A stretch of 64,000 nucleotides of DNA from contig FR895425.1 of NCBI GenBank assembly GCA_000435595.1, forward strand, positions 14,273-78,272, in the 5' to 3' direction. Positions 1 to 9,586 of the stretch are shown here, in pieces. Every line of letters begins with the position of its first letter. Within the stretch, counting starts at the first letter, position 1. The position numbers were made by a program, and so were the translations under genes. This stretch comes from Firmicutes bacterium CAG:882. Its GTDB lineage: Bacteria > Bacillota > Clostridia > Lachnospirales > Lachnospiraceae. The notes under the pieces are model-generated. The model did not search any database and was not told the origin of the DNA. It saw only the letters and a list, made by a program, of their open reading frames with translations.

Positions 1-33
1 GAGATATCCACACTGCCCGTTTATCAAAATTCT

Positions 34-918
34 TTGACCTATGACGCAGACTTTATTGCATCGGGGGCTGATTTTGATAAGATGCAGGAGTTTATATTGG
101 ATGTTGCCGGTAGATTGGGACTTGATACAAATAACTTGACTATAACTGACGATGCACTGGACAAAGAGTCAAAGCAGAAAATGATTGAGAAGTTTCAAAA
201 GGTGGGAGATACTGTTCCCGAGGGATACTTTGACCCGACAAAATTAGTAATAAAAGCTGAGGGAATAAAAATTGAAGTAGACCAATCTATGACAGCAAAA
301 GTATCTTTCGATCCAGCAGTATCTCTTCCCGAAGAATATAATTTTACGCACTTTGCATCCTATGATGATAAGGCTGCCGTGGCTGATTATTTGAAAAGCG
401 AATATTGCAAATTTATTGGCATTGACGATCCGCAAGTGAACATTTATGGTGGAGATTACAATATCTATAACCAACAGAGCTATTACATTGAGTTTTTTGA
501 TGCCGGTCTTAGTGATGTCGAGCAAATCATAAACTACAATTTTAATCGGGTAGCATTTTACTGCGATGACAACGGTGAACTGTTCATTGCAAGGATATAT
601 CAGCCCAATTTATCGAAGAAACTCGGAGATTATCCAATTATCAGTTCGGAGCAGGCAAAAGAGTTGCTGTTAAACGGCAATTATATTTCGACTGTCCCTT
701 ATAGACTTTCTGGTGCAGAGTTTATCAAAAAGGTGGAACTCATCTACCGGACAGGCGAACACGAAGAATACTATATGCCATACTATCGTTTCTATGTTGA
801 GTTACCTGAAGAAGAACGAGAGAACGGATTAAAAACATACGGAGCATATTATGTTCCTGCGGTGGAAAGCTCCTATATTTCCAATATGCCAACATGGGAC
901 GGAAGTTTCAACTACTAA
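34..918 (+). CDS. hypothetical protein (294 aa), no recognisable motifs
   Basis: Intact ORF followed by a hairpin terminator. No diagnostic motifs seen. Confidence 0.45.
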   Translation: MTYDADFIASGADFDKMQEFILDVAGRLGLDTNNLTITDDALDKESKQKMIEKFQKVGDTVPEGYFDPTKLVIKAEGIKIEVDQSMTAKVSFDPAVSLPEEYNFTHFASYDDKAAVADYLKSEYCKFIGIDDPQVNIYGGDYNIYNQQSYYIEFFDAGLSDVEQIINYNFNRVAFYCDDNGELFIARIYQPNLSKKLGDYPIISSEQAKELLLNGNYISTVPYRLSGAEFIKKVELIYRTGEHEEYYMPYYRFYVELPEEERENGLKTYGAYYVPAVESSYISNMPTWDGSFNY

Positions 919-967
919 AGAAAAACCGAAGAATCCCTTTTGAACGAGGGGCTGCACCCCCCCAGCC

Positions 968-1000
968 AGACCGTCTACTGAAAGTGTAGGCGGTCTTTTT
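968..1000 (+). terminator. rho-independent terminator
   Basis: agaccgtctac..gtaggcggtc stem with one G-U wobble, followed by a T5 run. Confidence 0.55.
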
Positions 1001-1021
1001 CGTCCCATCCACCAGCCGCAA

Positions 1022-1434
1022 AATCCGGGCTGTGCAGAAAGCAAAGGGCGAGCGTGGTGTCCCCTGACAACCAATGTTCTGTTCGGTTATCGTAAAGACC
1101 CGGAGGACAAAACGAAATGGATCGTGGACGAAGTGGCGGCAATGGTAGTGAGGCGTATCTTCAAGCTGTGCATGGAGGGGCGGGGTCGATGCAGATCGCC
1201 AAGCTCTTGCAGGAGGAAAAGGTTCTGAATCCCACCGCATATAAGCGGCAGATCGACATCAAGACTCCAATCCCGGAAACCGCTGATCCCTACCATTGGA
1301 ATACCAACACGGTGGTTAACATTCTGGAACGGCGGGAATACACAGGCTGTACGGTCAATTTCAAGACCTGCACCAATTCGATCTGGGACAAGAAGCAGCG
1401 GGAAACGGCGGCAGAACATCCGCATTTCCTATGA
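1022..1434 (+). pseudogene. large serine recombinase fragment, 5'-truncated and frameshifted
   Basis: One frame reads NVLFGYRKDPEDKTKWIVDEVAAMVVRRIFKLCMEGRG. After a shift near 1185 the next frame reads MQIAKLLQEEKVLNPTAYKRQ...YHWNTNTVVNILERREYTGCTVNFK. This is the 'recombinase' domain signature of large serine recombinases. There is no N-terminal resolvase catalytic domain and no C-terminal zinc ribbon. Local GC is about 55-60% against about 40% in the surroundings. Confidence 0.6.
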
Positions 1435-1693
1435 CCTTGTGGGCTTTATCCCGCTGAATGAACTTGTGAAGGAGGAAACGGCATGACCGAAGCCATGCCG
1501 TTCCTGTGAAAACACGATATTACTTTCTTACGACCTCCGGCCATTATTGCCGGGGCATTTTTTAATTAATAAAAGTGTAATGTATAACATAAATTCGATG
1601 TAAAAAATGTTATTAAGCCCAATTATTAATTGTAATTTTTGCATGTAAGAGATATAATATATGTGAAAAAATAAATGATAAGGAGGAACAGGG

Positions 1694-2995
1694 GTGTACA
1701 GGACAGCGTTTGAACAGCTATATAAGTGGAAAGAGAATAAAAACAGAAAGCCATTGATTATTGAGGGGGCAAGGCAGGTTGGAAAGACCTGGCTTATGAA
1801 AGAGTTCGGAAAAATGGCATATAAAGATACAGTTTATATAAATTTTGATTCTAATTCGAAAATGGCAGACCTTTTCAGTTCGGATTTAAATATAGAACGT
1901 CTGATTATGGGACTTGAAATTTATATAGGCAGAAAGATAAATCCTGATAATTCGCTGCTGATTTTTGATGAGATTCAGGAGGTGCCGAGAGCACTTTCTT
2001 CACTCAAATATTTTTATGAGGATGCACCGCAGTACAATATTGTATGTGCAGGTTCGCTGCTTGGTATTGCCCTGCATGGCGGAACGTCATTTCCGGTGGG
2101 AAAGGTTGACTTTCTGAATTTATATCCGTTATCCTATCGTGAATTTTTGATGGCTTTGGTTGGAAAAAGCTATGTCGAGCTTCTTGACAATGGTGATTAT
2201 GATATGATAAAGGCTTTTAAGCAGACATATATTGATGCATTGAAGCAGTATTACTTTGTCGGTGGTATGCCGGAGGCGGTTCAGAGCTTTGTGTTGAATA
2301 AGGATTTTAAGGAAGTGCGAGATATTCAGAAGAGGATCCTTTTAGCATATGAACAGGACTTTTCAAAGCACGCACCAATAGAAATAGTGCCTAAAATCCG
2401 TATGTTGTGGAACAGTATTCCGTCTCAGCTTGCAAAAGAAAATAAAAAGTTTATATACGGTCTTGTCCGTGAAGGAGGACGAGCTAAGGAATATGAAGCT
2501 GCCATAATGTGGCTTTGCGACTGCGGACTTGTATATAAGGTCAGCCGTATCAATACTGCCGGGATTCCGTTGAAGGCGTATGAGGATTTGAAAGCATTCA
2601 AGTTGTTTGTCGTAGATGTGGGGCTTTTGGGGTGCATGACAGGTCTGCATCAGAGTGTACTTCTGGATGAGAATACGTTGTTTGTTGAATTTAAGGGAGC
2701 ATTGACGGAACAGTATGTATGTCAGCAGCTGTCTGCACTCGATGAATTGGATATTTATTATTACACGAACGATAGAGGCTCATGTGAGGTGGATTTTGTA
2801 ATTGACACAGGTGAAAAGATTATACCTGTAGAAGTTAAGGCACAGACTAATTTAAAGGCAAAAAGCCTGAAAACATACTGTGAAAGATTCTCACCTGATT
2901 TGGCGGTAAGAACTTCCATGTCGGATTATAAAGCAGAAGAATGGCTGGTGAATCTTCCGCTATATGCCATAGAGGAAATAGTGCATTGCAAATAG
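1694..2995 (+). CDS. AAA+ ATPase (AAA_14/DUF4143 family)
   Basis: Walker A GARQVGKTWL near the N-terminus. A 433-aa architecture typical of DUF4143 ATPases. Confidence 0.7.
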   Translation: MYRTAFEQLYKWKENKNRKPLIIEGARQVGKTWLMKEFGKMAYKDTVYINFDSNSKMADLFSSDLNIERLIMGLEIYIGRKINPDNSLLIFDEIQEVPRALSSLKYFYEDAPQYNIVCAGSLLGIALHGGTSFPVGKVDFLNLYPLSYREFLMALVGKSYVELLDNGDYDMIKAFKQTYIDALKQYYFVGGMPEAVQSFVLNKDFKEVRDIQKRILLAYEQDFSKHAPIEIVPKIRMLWNSIPSQLAKENKKFIYGLVREGGRAKEYEAAIMWLCDCGLVYKVSRINTAGIPLKAYEDLKAFKLFVVDVGLLGCMTGLHQSVLLDENTLFVEFKGALTEQYVCQQLSALDELDIYYYTNDRGSCEVDFVIDTGEKIIPVEVKAQTNLKAKSLKTYCERFSPDLAVRTSMSDYKAEEWLVNLPLYAIEEIVHCK

Positions 2996-3056
2996 CATAT
3001 TGATAATGCAATATCCTGGTGCTATTATTAAGAAAAGCTCAAAAAGGAGAGACAGC

Positions 3057-4238
3057 GTGAAAAATTATAGTGTTAAAAAGAGCTGCGTTATAATCGCATT
3101 TGCAGGGCTTGTTCTGTTTGCGGTTCTGAATGCGGGCGGTATTTCAAAGGAGATTTCACTTATAGGCAGGATTCTCATGCCGTTCTGGATTGGTATATTC
3201 ATGGCATTCATACTCAATATGCTCATGGTTCCGATACAGCGTTTTCTGGCTAAGAGAATTTTTAAGAAGAACAGTAAGCCTGCCAAGCCGATATCAATAG
3301 TGCTTTCATATCTCATTTTTATACTGGTTATTGTGGCACTGCTGGCATTTGTCATACCGGAACTTACCAAGAGCATAGCAGCTTTTATCAATAACTGGGG
3401 GACATATATTTCGCAGTTCCAGAAGATGATTAATGAACTCACGGTTAAGTATAATATAGATGCGATTGACCTTAACAGTATTGTGGAGAGTCTTTCGGAC
3501 AATATTGAGGCATTCGCCAACAAGGCACTCACATATATAGGAAATATGGTGCCGCAGGTGGTGGCATTTATGAGCAATATAGTGGGCTTTCTGTTCAATA
3601 TAATTATGGCGGTTGTCATATCGGCGAACATTCTTGTGTACAAGGAGAAGCTTATAAGCCAGATTTCGAGAACGGTCAATGTGACACTGCCAAAGTATTA
3701 CGGCAGGCTTGACAAGCTTGCGGTTGTAACGGCCGACACGTTCCGCAGATATATATCTGGACAGTGCATCGAGGCACTTATTCTTGGAGGACTTTGTTAT
3801 ATAGGAATGCTGATATTCAGATTTGACTATGCGCTTCTTATAAGCACGGTTATAGCCGTCACGGCACTTATTCCGGTTGCGGGTGCATATATCGGAGGTG
3901 CGGTTGCGTTCATTCTTCTTGCAATTATTTCTCCGATTAAGGCAATTATGTTCTTAATCTATCTTGTGGTGCTGCAGCAGATAGAGACGAATCTCATATA
4001 TCCGAGGGTGGTCGGCTCATCGCTTGAGCTTCCGGGAATATGGGTTATTTTTGCAGTAACCGTAGGCGGAGGTGCATTCGGAATTCTTGGTATCATGTTC
4101 GCCGTGCCGGTCATGTCGGTTGTGTATAAGTTCGTGAGGGAAGCGGTTGTAAAAAAGGAAGAGAAACATGAGAACAGCGAAGAGAAGCACGGAAATGTTG
4201 AACAGGAAAACGAAGTGAAAAACGAGGATAAAAGATAA
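3057..4238 (+). CDS. AI-2E family transporter (UPF0118 permease)
   Basis: Polytopic membrane protein with the conserved C-terminal block YPRVVGSSLELPGIWVIFAVTVGG. GTG start at 3057 behind an AAGGAGAG RBS. The ORF track starts at 3000. The acidic, K-rich tail is outside the conserved core. Confidence 0.65.
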   Translation: MKNYSVKKSCVIIAFAGLVLFAVLNAGGISKEISLIGRILMPFWIGIFMAFILNMLMVPIQRFLAKRIFKKNSKPAKPISIVLSYLIFILVIVALLAFVIPELTKSIAAFINNWGTYISQFQKMINELTVKYNIDAIDLNSIVESLSDNIEAFANKALTYIGNMVPQVVAFMSNIVGFLFNIIMAVVISANILVYKEKLISQISRTVNVTLPKYYGRLDKLAVVTADTFRRYISGQCIEALILGGLCYIGMLIFRFDYALLISTVIAVTALIPVAGAYIGGAVAFILLAIISPIKAIMFLIYLVVLQQIETNLIYPRVVGSSLELPGIWVIFAVTVGGGAFGILGIMFAVPVMSVVYKFVREAVVKKEEKHENSEEKHGNVEQENEVKNEDKR

Positions 4239-4327
4239 AATACATCAAGAATTGACATTAAAAACGCACAGTTTAATTATGTAAATTTTTTCTGTTTTAG
4301 TGTTTTAAAGTATTGTAGTGATTTCTG

Positions 4328-4356
4328 TTGACAAATCAACATACAGTTGTTAAAAT
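4328..4356 (+). promoter_or_regulatory. sigma-70-like promoter for ilvN-ilvC
   Basis: TTGACA, 17 nt, TAAAAT. A short ccgatatatttatcgg palindrome follows. Confidence 0.45.
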
Positions 4357-4406
4357 GTTAGATAACGTCCGATATATTTATCGGATTATCTATTACGGAG
4401 GTGCTT

Positions 4407-4892
4407 ATGAAACAAAGAGTATTTTCGCTGTTGGTTGAGAATGAAGCCGGTGTGTTAAGCAGAATTGCCGGATTGTTCAGCCGCAGAGGTTACAATATCG
4501 ACAGCCTTACCGTTGGAGTCACCGAGAATCCGTCGCTGTCAAGAATGACGGTTGCAGCTTCGGGTGAGGAAGATGTTCTCGATCAGATTGAGAAACAGCT
4601 TTCCAAGCTTATTGACGTGAAGAGCATAGAGGTTCTTCCGGATGGCGTGTCGGTGTGCAGAGAGCTTATCTTATGCAGAGTGAAGTGCAATGCACAGGAG
4701 CGCTCACAGGTTATTACGGTAGCAGAGGTCTTTCGTGCGAAGATTGTTGATGTGGCACCGGAGAGTGTCATGATTGAGCTTACGGGAAATGAAGCTAAGC
4801 TCACGGCGTTCCTTGGACTTTTAGACGGATATGAGATTCTCGACCTTGCGAGAACGGGTCTTACGGGACTTAAGAGAGGTGTCATTGCGTAG
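4407..4892 (+). CDS. ilvN: acetolactate synthase small (regulatory) subunit
   Basis: ACT-domain N-terminus MKQRVFSLLVENEAGVLSRIAGLFSRRGYNIDSLTVG. GGAGG RBS 6 nt upstream of the ATG at 4407. Confidence 0.85.
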   Translation: MKQRVFSLLVENEAGVLSRIAGLFSRRGYNIDSLTVGVTENPSLSRMTVAASGEEDVLDQIEKQLSKLIDVKSIEVLPDGVSVCRELILCRVKCNAQERSQVITVAEVFRAKIVDVAPESVMIELTGNEAKLTAFLGLLDGYEILDLARTGLTGLKRGVIA

Positions 4893-5966
<1,074 letters not shown>

Positions 5967-6004
5967 GTCTTGTCTGAGCGGTGAATAATCCTATTGAATA
6001 AAAT

Positions 6005-6055
6005 AAAGCTCCGCGGGAGAATGGAGAATATCTCCGATTTCCTGCGGAGCTTTTT
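6005..6055. terminator. bidirectional hairpin terminator between ilvC and the minus-strand HTH gene
   Basis: aaagctccgc...gcggagcttttt inverted repeat with A and T runs on either side. Confidence 0.6.
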
Positions 6056-6094
6056 ACTTTGCAATGAGGTTTTGCTGAATGATACTCCCGACGG

Positions 6095-6436
6095 TTAATT
6101 TATTTCAAGCAGCTTGTTCACGGCTGATGTCATTTCAGGGTGTTCCCTCAGGGCAAGGATGACCTTTCTTTCGTATTCGGTGGCATTTATCGGAGTATTT
6201 TCCTTATATCCGAAGGTGCTTAAAATATCATCGACGTGATAGATTTCACACAGAACCAGCAGCGTGTCGGCATCAGGCTGTGCCTGACCGCTTTCCCATC
6301 CGTAGAGAGTCTTGTCGGCGACGTTTATTGATTTATCGGACAGCTTTACCACCACATCATGTACAGTCAAAGAATTCTTTTTTCTGAGCTCTTTTAAAAC
6401 TTTGGCTATCATCTCATTTTTCATAATTTCCTCCAC
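6095..6436 (-). CDS. XRE-family HTH transcriptional regulator (113 aa)
   Basis: N-terminal HTH_3-like segment MIAKVLKELRKKNSLTVHDVVVKLS...KTLYGWESG. Divergent from the ssp operon. Confidence 0.7.
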   Translation of the reverse strand: MEEIMKNEMIAKVLKELRKKNSLTVHDVVVKLSDKSINVADKTLYGWESGQAQPDADTLLVLCEIYHVDDILSTFGYKENTPINATEYERKVILALREHPEMTSAVNKLLEIN

Positions 6437-6706
6437 AAAACGGTATTATTCGTTTGAACAAATTTTTATAAATTTGGGTTAAAATTCTGTATTTATCATA
6501 ATATGAATGCTTTCCACAAAAGCGCGTATTTAAGCGGAAATTCAGGGAAAACATTATATTCTTATAATATCCCAGTGCATAATCAAGGTCAAACTATTCT
6601 TAGTATCACAGAATTATACTGTTGAAATTCTTATTAACAAAGACTATAATATAAGAAAGTTCTGTGAATTACAGAATACAGAATACATAATACTATAAGC
6701 AGAGAA
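6437..6706. promoter_or_regulatory. divergent promoter and operator region with repeated ACAGAAT/ATTCTGT motifs
   Basis: aaaattctgtattt at 6481-6494 and cacagaatt at 6606-6615. Perfect inverted repeat ttctgtgaattacagaa at 6660-6676. Tandem acagaatacagaatac at 6671-6686. TATAAT boxes at 6563 and 6644. Confidence 0.45.
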
Positions 6707-6916
6707 ATGGAGCTTTGCAGGGTGGACAGACATAATGTGACACAGCGGATATCACAGTATTTACAGGAGAATCATATATCGGTTGAACAGGTTGAACGTG
6801 ACCTTGGAATGGAGCGTGGCAGGCTGTCTTGTGCAAGCGGCATGGAGCTTGGGGCGGCGGAATTTCTTGAACTGTGCCATTATCTTAATGTCCCGCCTGA
6901 GAGCTTCAGAGGTTAA
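6707..6916 (+). CDS. small HTH (XRE/Cro-like) protein, 69 aa, first gene of the ssp operon
   Basis: ISQYLQENHISVEQVERDLGMERGRLS helix-turn-helix. Ends 13 nt before the sspD-like start. Size and position resemble R-M controller (C) proteins. Confidence 0.55.
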   Translation: MELCRVDRHNVTQRISQYLQENHISVEQVERDLGMERGRLSCASGMELGAAEFLELCHYLNVPPESFRG

Positions 6917-6929
6917 TACGGAGGAATGA

Positions 6930-8660
6930 ATGCGGCATTACAGATGCACATTGCACAACATAGAACTTAATAAAAATTACTGTGATGAATGTGAAAGCAG
7001 GGAGCATGTGGAGGTCACATCGGATATCTACTATTGTACGCATTGCAATGTACCGATTTACGAGGAAAAATGTCCGGTATGTCATGGGCAGTGCAGCAGA
7101 ATTGCGGCTGATGTCAGACCTGTATTTCCAAGGGAAAGGCTTTTGTATGAGATACTTGAGGGTGAACCGCTTAAATATCTTCACTCATCCGTGTGGAATG
7201 CAAGCGGCAATTATTACATGACAGATGGCGTGTTAAAGCGCTTTAATGTTGGAAGGCTCAGTAAGCTTTCACAGGAAGATATAGATAATATAAGAGAGCA
7301 GCTGGAGAAATATGAGAAGGCTAATGAGGATAATTCGTTTTCGGAGTACATTGAGCGTTTTACAAGCTGTAACAGTGCAAGATATGATGAGATAACACAG
7401 GAGGCTGTGAGCTATATTCAGGATATAGCGGCAGCCTATGATGTGAGGGACATGTTTGTGTCATTTTCAGGCGGAAAGGATTCGACCGTCACATCAGACC
7501 TTGTTATGAGAGCGTTAAGTAATCCAAGAATACTTCATATATTCGGGGACACAACGTTAGAGTTTCCTAAGACGGAGGAATATGTAGCGCGGTTTAAGAA
7601 GGCGCATCCTATGACGCCTGTTCTCTCATCAAGGAATAAGGAGAAGAATTTTTCGGAGCTGTGTGAGCTTATCGGACCGCCGAGCCGAGTGATGCGCTGG
7701 TGCTGTACCATTTTTAAGACGGGAGCAATCAACAGAAAGCTTACGGCACTCTTTAAGGATAAGACGAAGATACTGGCTTTTTATGGCATAAGGAGAAGTG
7801 AGTCAGCAAGCAGGAGCAAGTATGAGAGGGAGACGCAGGGGCGGAAAATATCCAAGCAGGATACGGTATCTCCGGCAATAGACTGGATGGATTTTGATGT
7901 ATGGCTCTATATTCTTAAGAGAAAGATTGATTTTAACGAGGCATACACATACGGCTATGCGAGAGTGGGGTGTTTTTGCTGTCCTAATAACAGCGTATGG
8001 TCTGAGTTTTTATCCAAGATATATATGCCTGAACAGTATGGCAGATGGCAGGAATTTCTTGTGGAATTTGCAAGGAGCATAGGAAAGCCGGATGCTGAGG
8101 AGTATGTAAGAAGCGGCAAGTGGAAGGCCAGACAAGGAGGCAATGGCATAGCCTACGCGGACAAGGCGGTTGTAAGCTTCACACCATGCGTTCTTGAGGA
8201 GAACAGTTTTAATTATGATTTATTAAGACCTGTAAGTGAGGAATTATATGAGCTTTTCAAGCCGTTCGGATATCTTGATTTTAATATGGGAAATGCCCGC
8301 CTTGGAGAGGTATACATTCTTAATAGACGGGGAACACCTCTTTTGAGACTTCAGGGAAGAACAGGGAGTACGCATCTTAAAATTACAATTCTCGACTACC
8401 ATATTGACAAGGCAAAGAGTGTTGAGAAGGCTGAGGAGAAGGTTAAGTGTCAGCTCACCAAGTATCAGTTGTGTATGGGATGCCGTGCATGTGAGGGCGT
8501 GTGCAGGCATGGAGCGATAAGGCTTGACAGCATGCCTGACGGAAGCACGGTTTATCACATAGATAATGAGAAATGTGTGCGGTGTGCTGAGTGTGTCAAC
8601 CATTTTAATTCAGGATGCTATATGAAGAAGGTGCTTGCGGTTAAGCGAAAACAGATATAG
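6930..8660 (+). CDS. sspD: PAPS-reductase-like PP-loop ATP pyrophosphatase (SspD/DndC-like) with N-terminal zinc ribbon and C-terminal 2x[4Fe-4S] ferredoxin
   Basis: PP-loop FSGGKDST. N-terminal CDEC..CTHC..CPVCHGQC. C-terminal CMGCRACEGVC and CVRCAECV...C ferredoxin motifs. Operon context with DUF4007, DUF499, cysteine desulfurase and DUF262/DUF1524. Confidence 0.7.
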   Translation: MRHYRCTLHNIELNKNYCDECESREHVEVTSDIYYCTHCNVPIYEEKCPVCHGQCSRIAADVRPVFPRERLLYEILEGEPLKYLHSSVWNASGNYYMTDGVLKRFNVGRLSKLSQEDIDNIREQLEKYEKANEDNSFSEYIERFTSCNSARYDEITQEAVSYIQDIAAAYDVRDMFVSFSGGKDSTVTSDLVMRALSNPRILHIFGDTTLEFPKTEEYVARFKKAHPMTPVLSSRNKEKNFSELCELIGPPSRVMRWCCTIFKTGAINRKLTALFKDKTKILAFYGIRRSESASRSKYERETQGRKISKQDTVSPAIDWMDFDVWLYILKRKIDFNEAYTYGYARVGCFCCPNNSVWSEFLSKIYMPEQYGRWQEFLVEFARSIGKPDAEEYVRSGKWKARQGGNGIAYADKAVVSFTPCVLEENSFNYDLLRPVSEELYELFKPFGYLDFNMGNARLGEVYILNRRGTPLLRLQGRTGSTHLKITILDYHIDKAKSVEKAEEKVKCQLTKYQLCMGCRACEGVCRHGAIRLDSMPDGSTVYHIDNEKCVRCAECVNHFNSGCYMKKVLAVKRKQI

Positions 8661-8662
8661 AA

Positions 8663-9577
8663 ATGAGGAACAGTATGTCAGAACAGACAGCTAAGAAGAT
8701 AAGACTAAAGGGACATGAGACATTTATATTGAGGGAAGGGTGGCTTGCTAAGGGTATAAGAGCTGTTGCTGATAATCCTAAGGTATTTTCCGTGTATTCA
8801 GGTGCGGATGCACTCGGCGTTGGAACTAATATGGCAAAGGCAATACGGTATTGGCTTAAGGCCGCAGGACTTATCGAAGAGACAAAAAACGGAGTGGAGC
8901 TCAGCGCATTCGGGAAGAATGTCATGACATATGATTCCTATTTTGAGGACAGATTTACGTTATGGATAATACATGCACATATTGCGTCGAATGCAGAGCT
9001 TGCAACGAGCTGGTATGTGTTTTTCAACAGAATAGGGTGTGAGGAGTACACGAGGGACGAGCTTGTGTACTCACTCAATCGTGAGCTGTGTGTGTATTCG
9101 GGCTTGCAGGAGCTGCCGGAGAGTTCTGTGTCAGCGGATGTGACAGCCATTATCAATATGTATTCGAGAGATAAGGGCAGAGATTATGACCCGGAGGAGA
9201 AGAAGCTGAGCCCGTTTGCGGAACTCGGACTTCTGAAGCGGGACAACAGGTATGTGAGAAAGCAGACACCTGTATCGGATGATGCACTTGAGTATGCGGT
9301 TCTGTATCTGTTAAGGAGATACTTTGAACAAGAGAAGACGGACAGCGTGAGCATAGATAAGCTCTTGACGGGAAGCGGACTTATGGGGCGTATATTTAAT
9401 CTCAACCGTGTGGAGCTCAATTTTTATCTTGATAAGCTCGCAGTAGATGAATATATCACTGTTAACAGGACTGCGGGACTTGATATGGTGTATTCTCTTA
9501 GGAATATGAGCGCGCAGGATGTAATAAGTGCATATTATAAGAACAGGCAGACACTTTTAAAAGATGAGGACAGGTAA
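8663..9577 (+). CDS. sspB: DUF4007-family protein (SspB-like, putative nickase)
   Basis: N-terminal GHETFILREGWLAKG motif that I associate with DUF4007. 304 aa. Starts 2 nt after sspD. Confidence 0.6.
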   Translation: MRNSMSEQTAKKIRLKGHETFILREGWLAKGIRAVADNPKVFSVYSGADALGVGTNMAKAIRYWLKAAGLIEETKNGVELSAFGKNVMTYDSYFEDRFTLWIIHAHIASNAELATSWYVFFNRIGCEEYTRDELVYSLNRELCVYSGLQELPESSVSADVTAIINMYSRDKGRDYDPEEKKLSPFAELGLLKRDNRYVRKQTPVSDDALEYAVLYLLRRYFEQEKTDSVSIDKLLTGSGLMGRIFNLNRVELNFYLDKLAVDEYITVNRTAGLDMVYSLRNMSAQDVISAYYKNRQTLLKDEDR

Positions 9578-9586
9578 GGACAAGAT

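Noticed and set aside
1440-1570. Hairpins (aacggcatg..catgccgtt, ccggccattattgccgg) after the recombinase fragment, considered as possible att sites
   Set aside because: No matching second copy anywhere in the window. They are read more simply as terminator-like structures.
4240-4400. Possible T-box or attenuator leader for the ilv genes
   Set aside because: The leader is only about 50 nt after the promoter. It has no specifier loop or T-box sequence, just one short palindrome.
6982-7221. 79-aa plus-strand ORF overlapping the 5' region of the sspD-like gene in another frame
   Set aside because: Wholly embedded in the sspD coding sequence, which carries strong motifs in its own frame.
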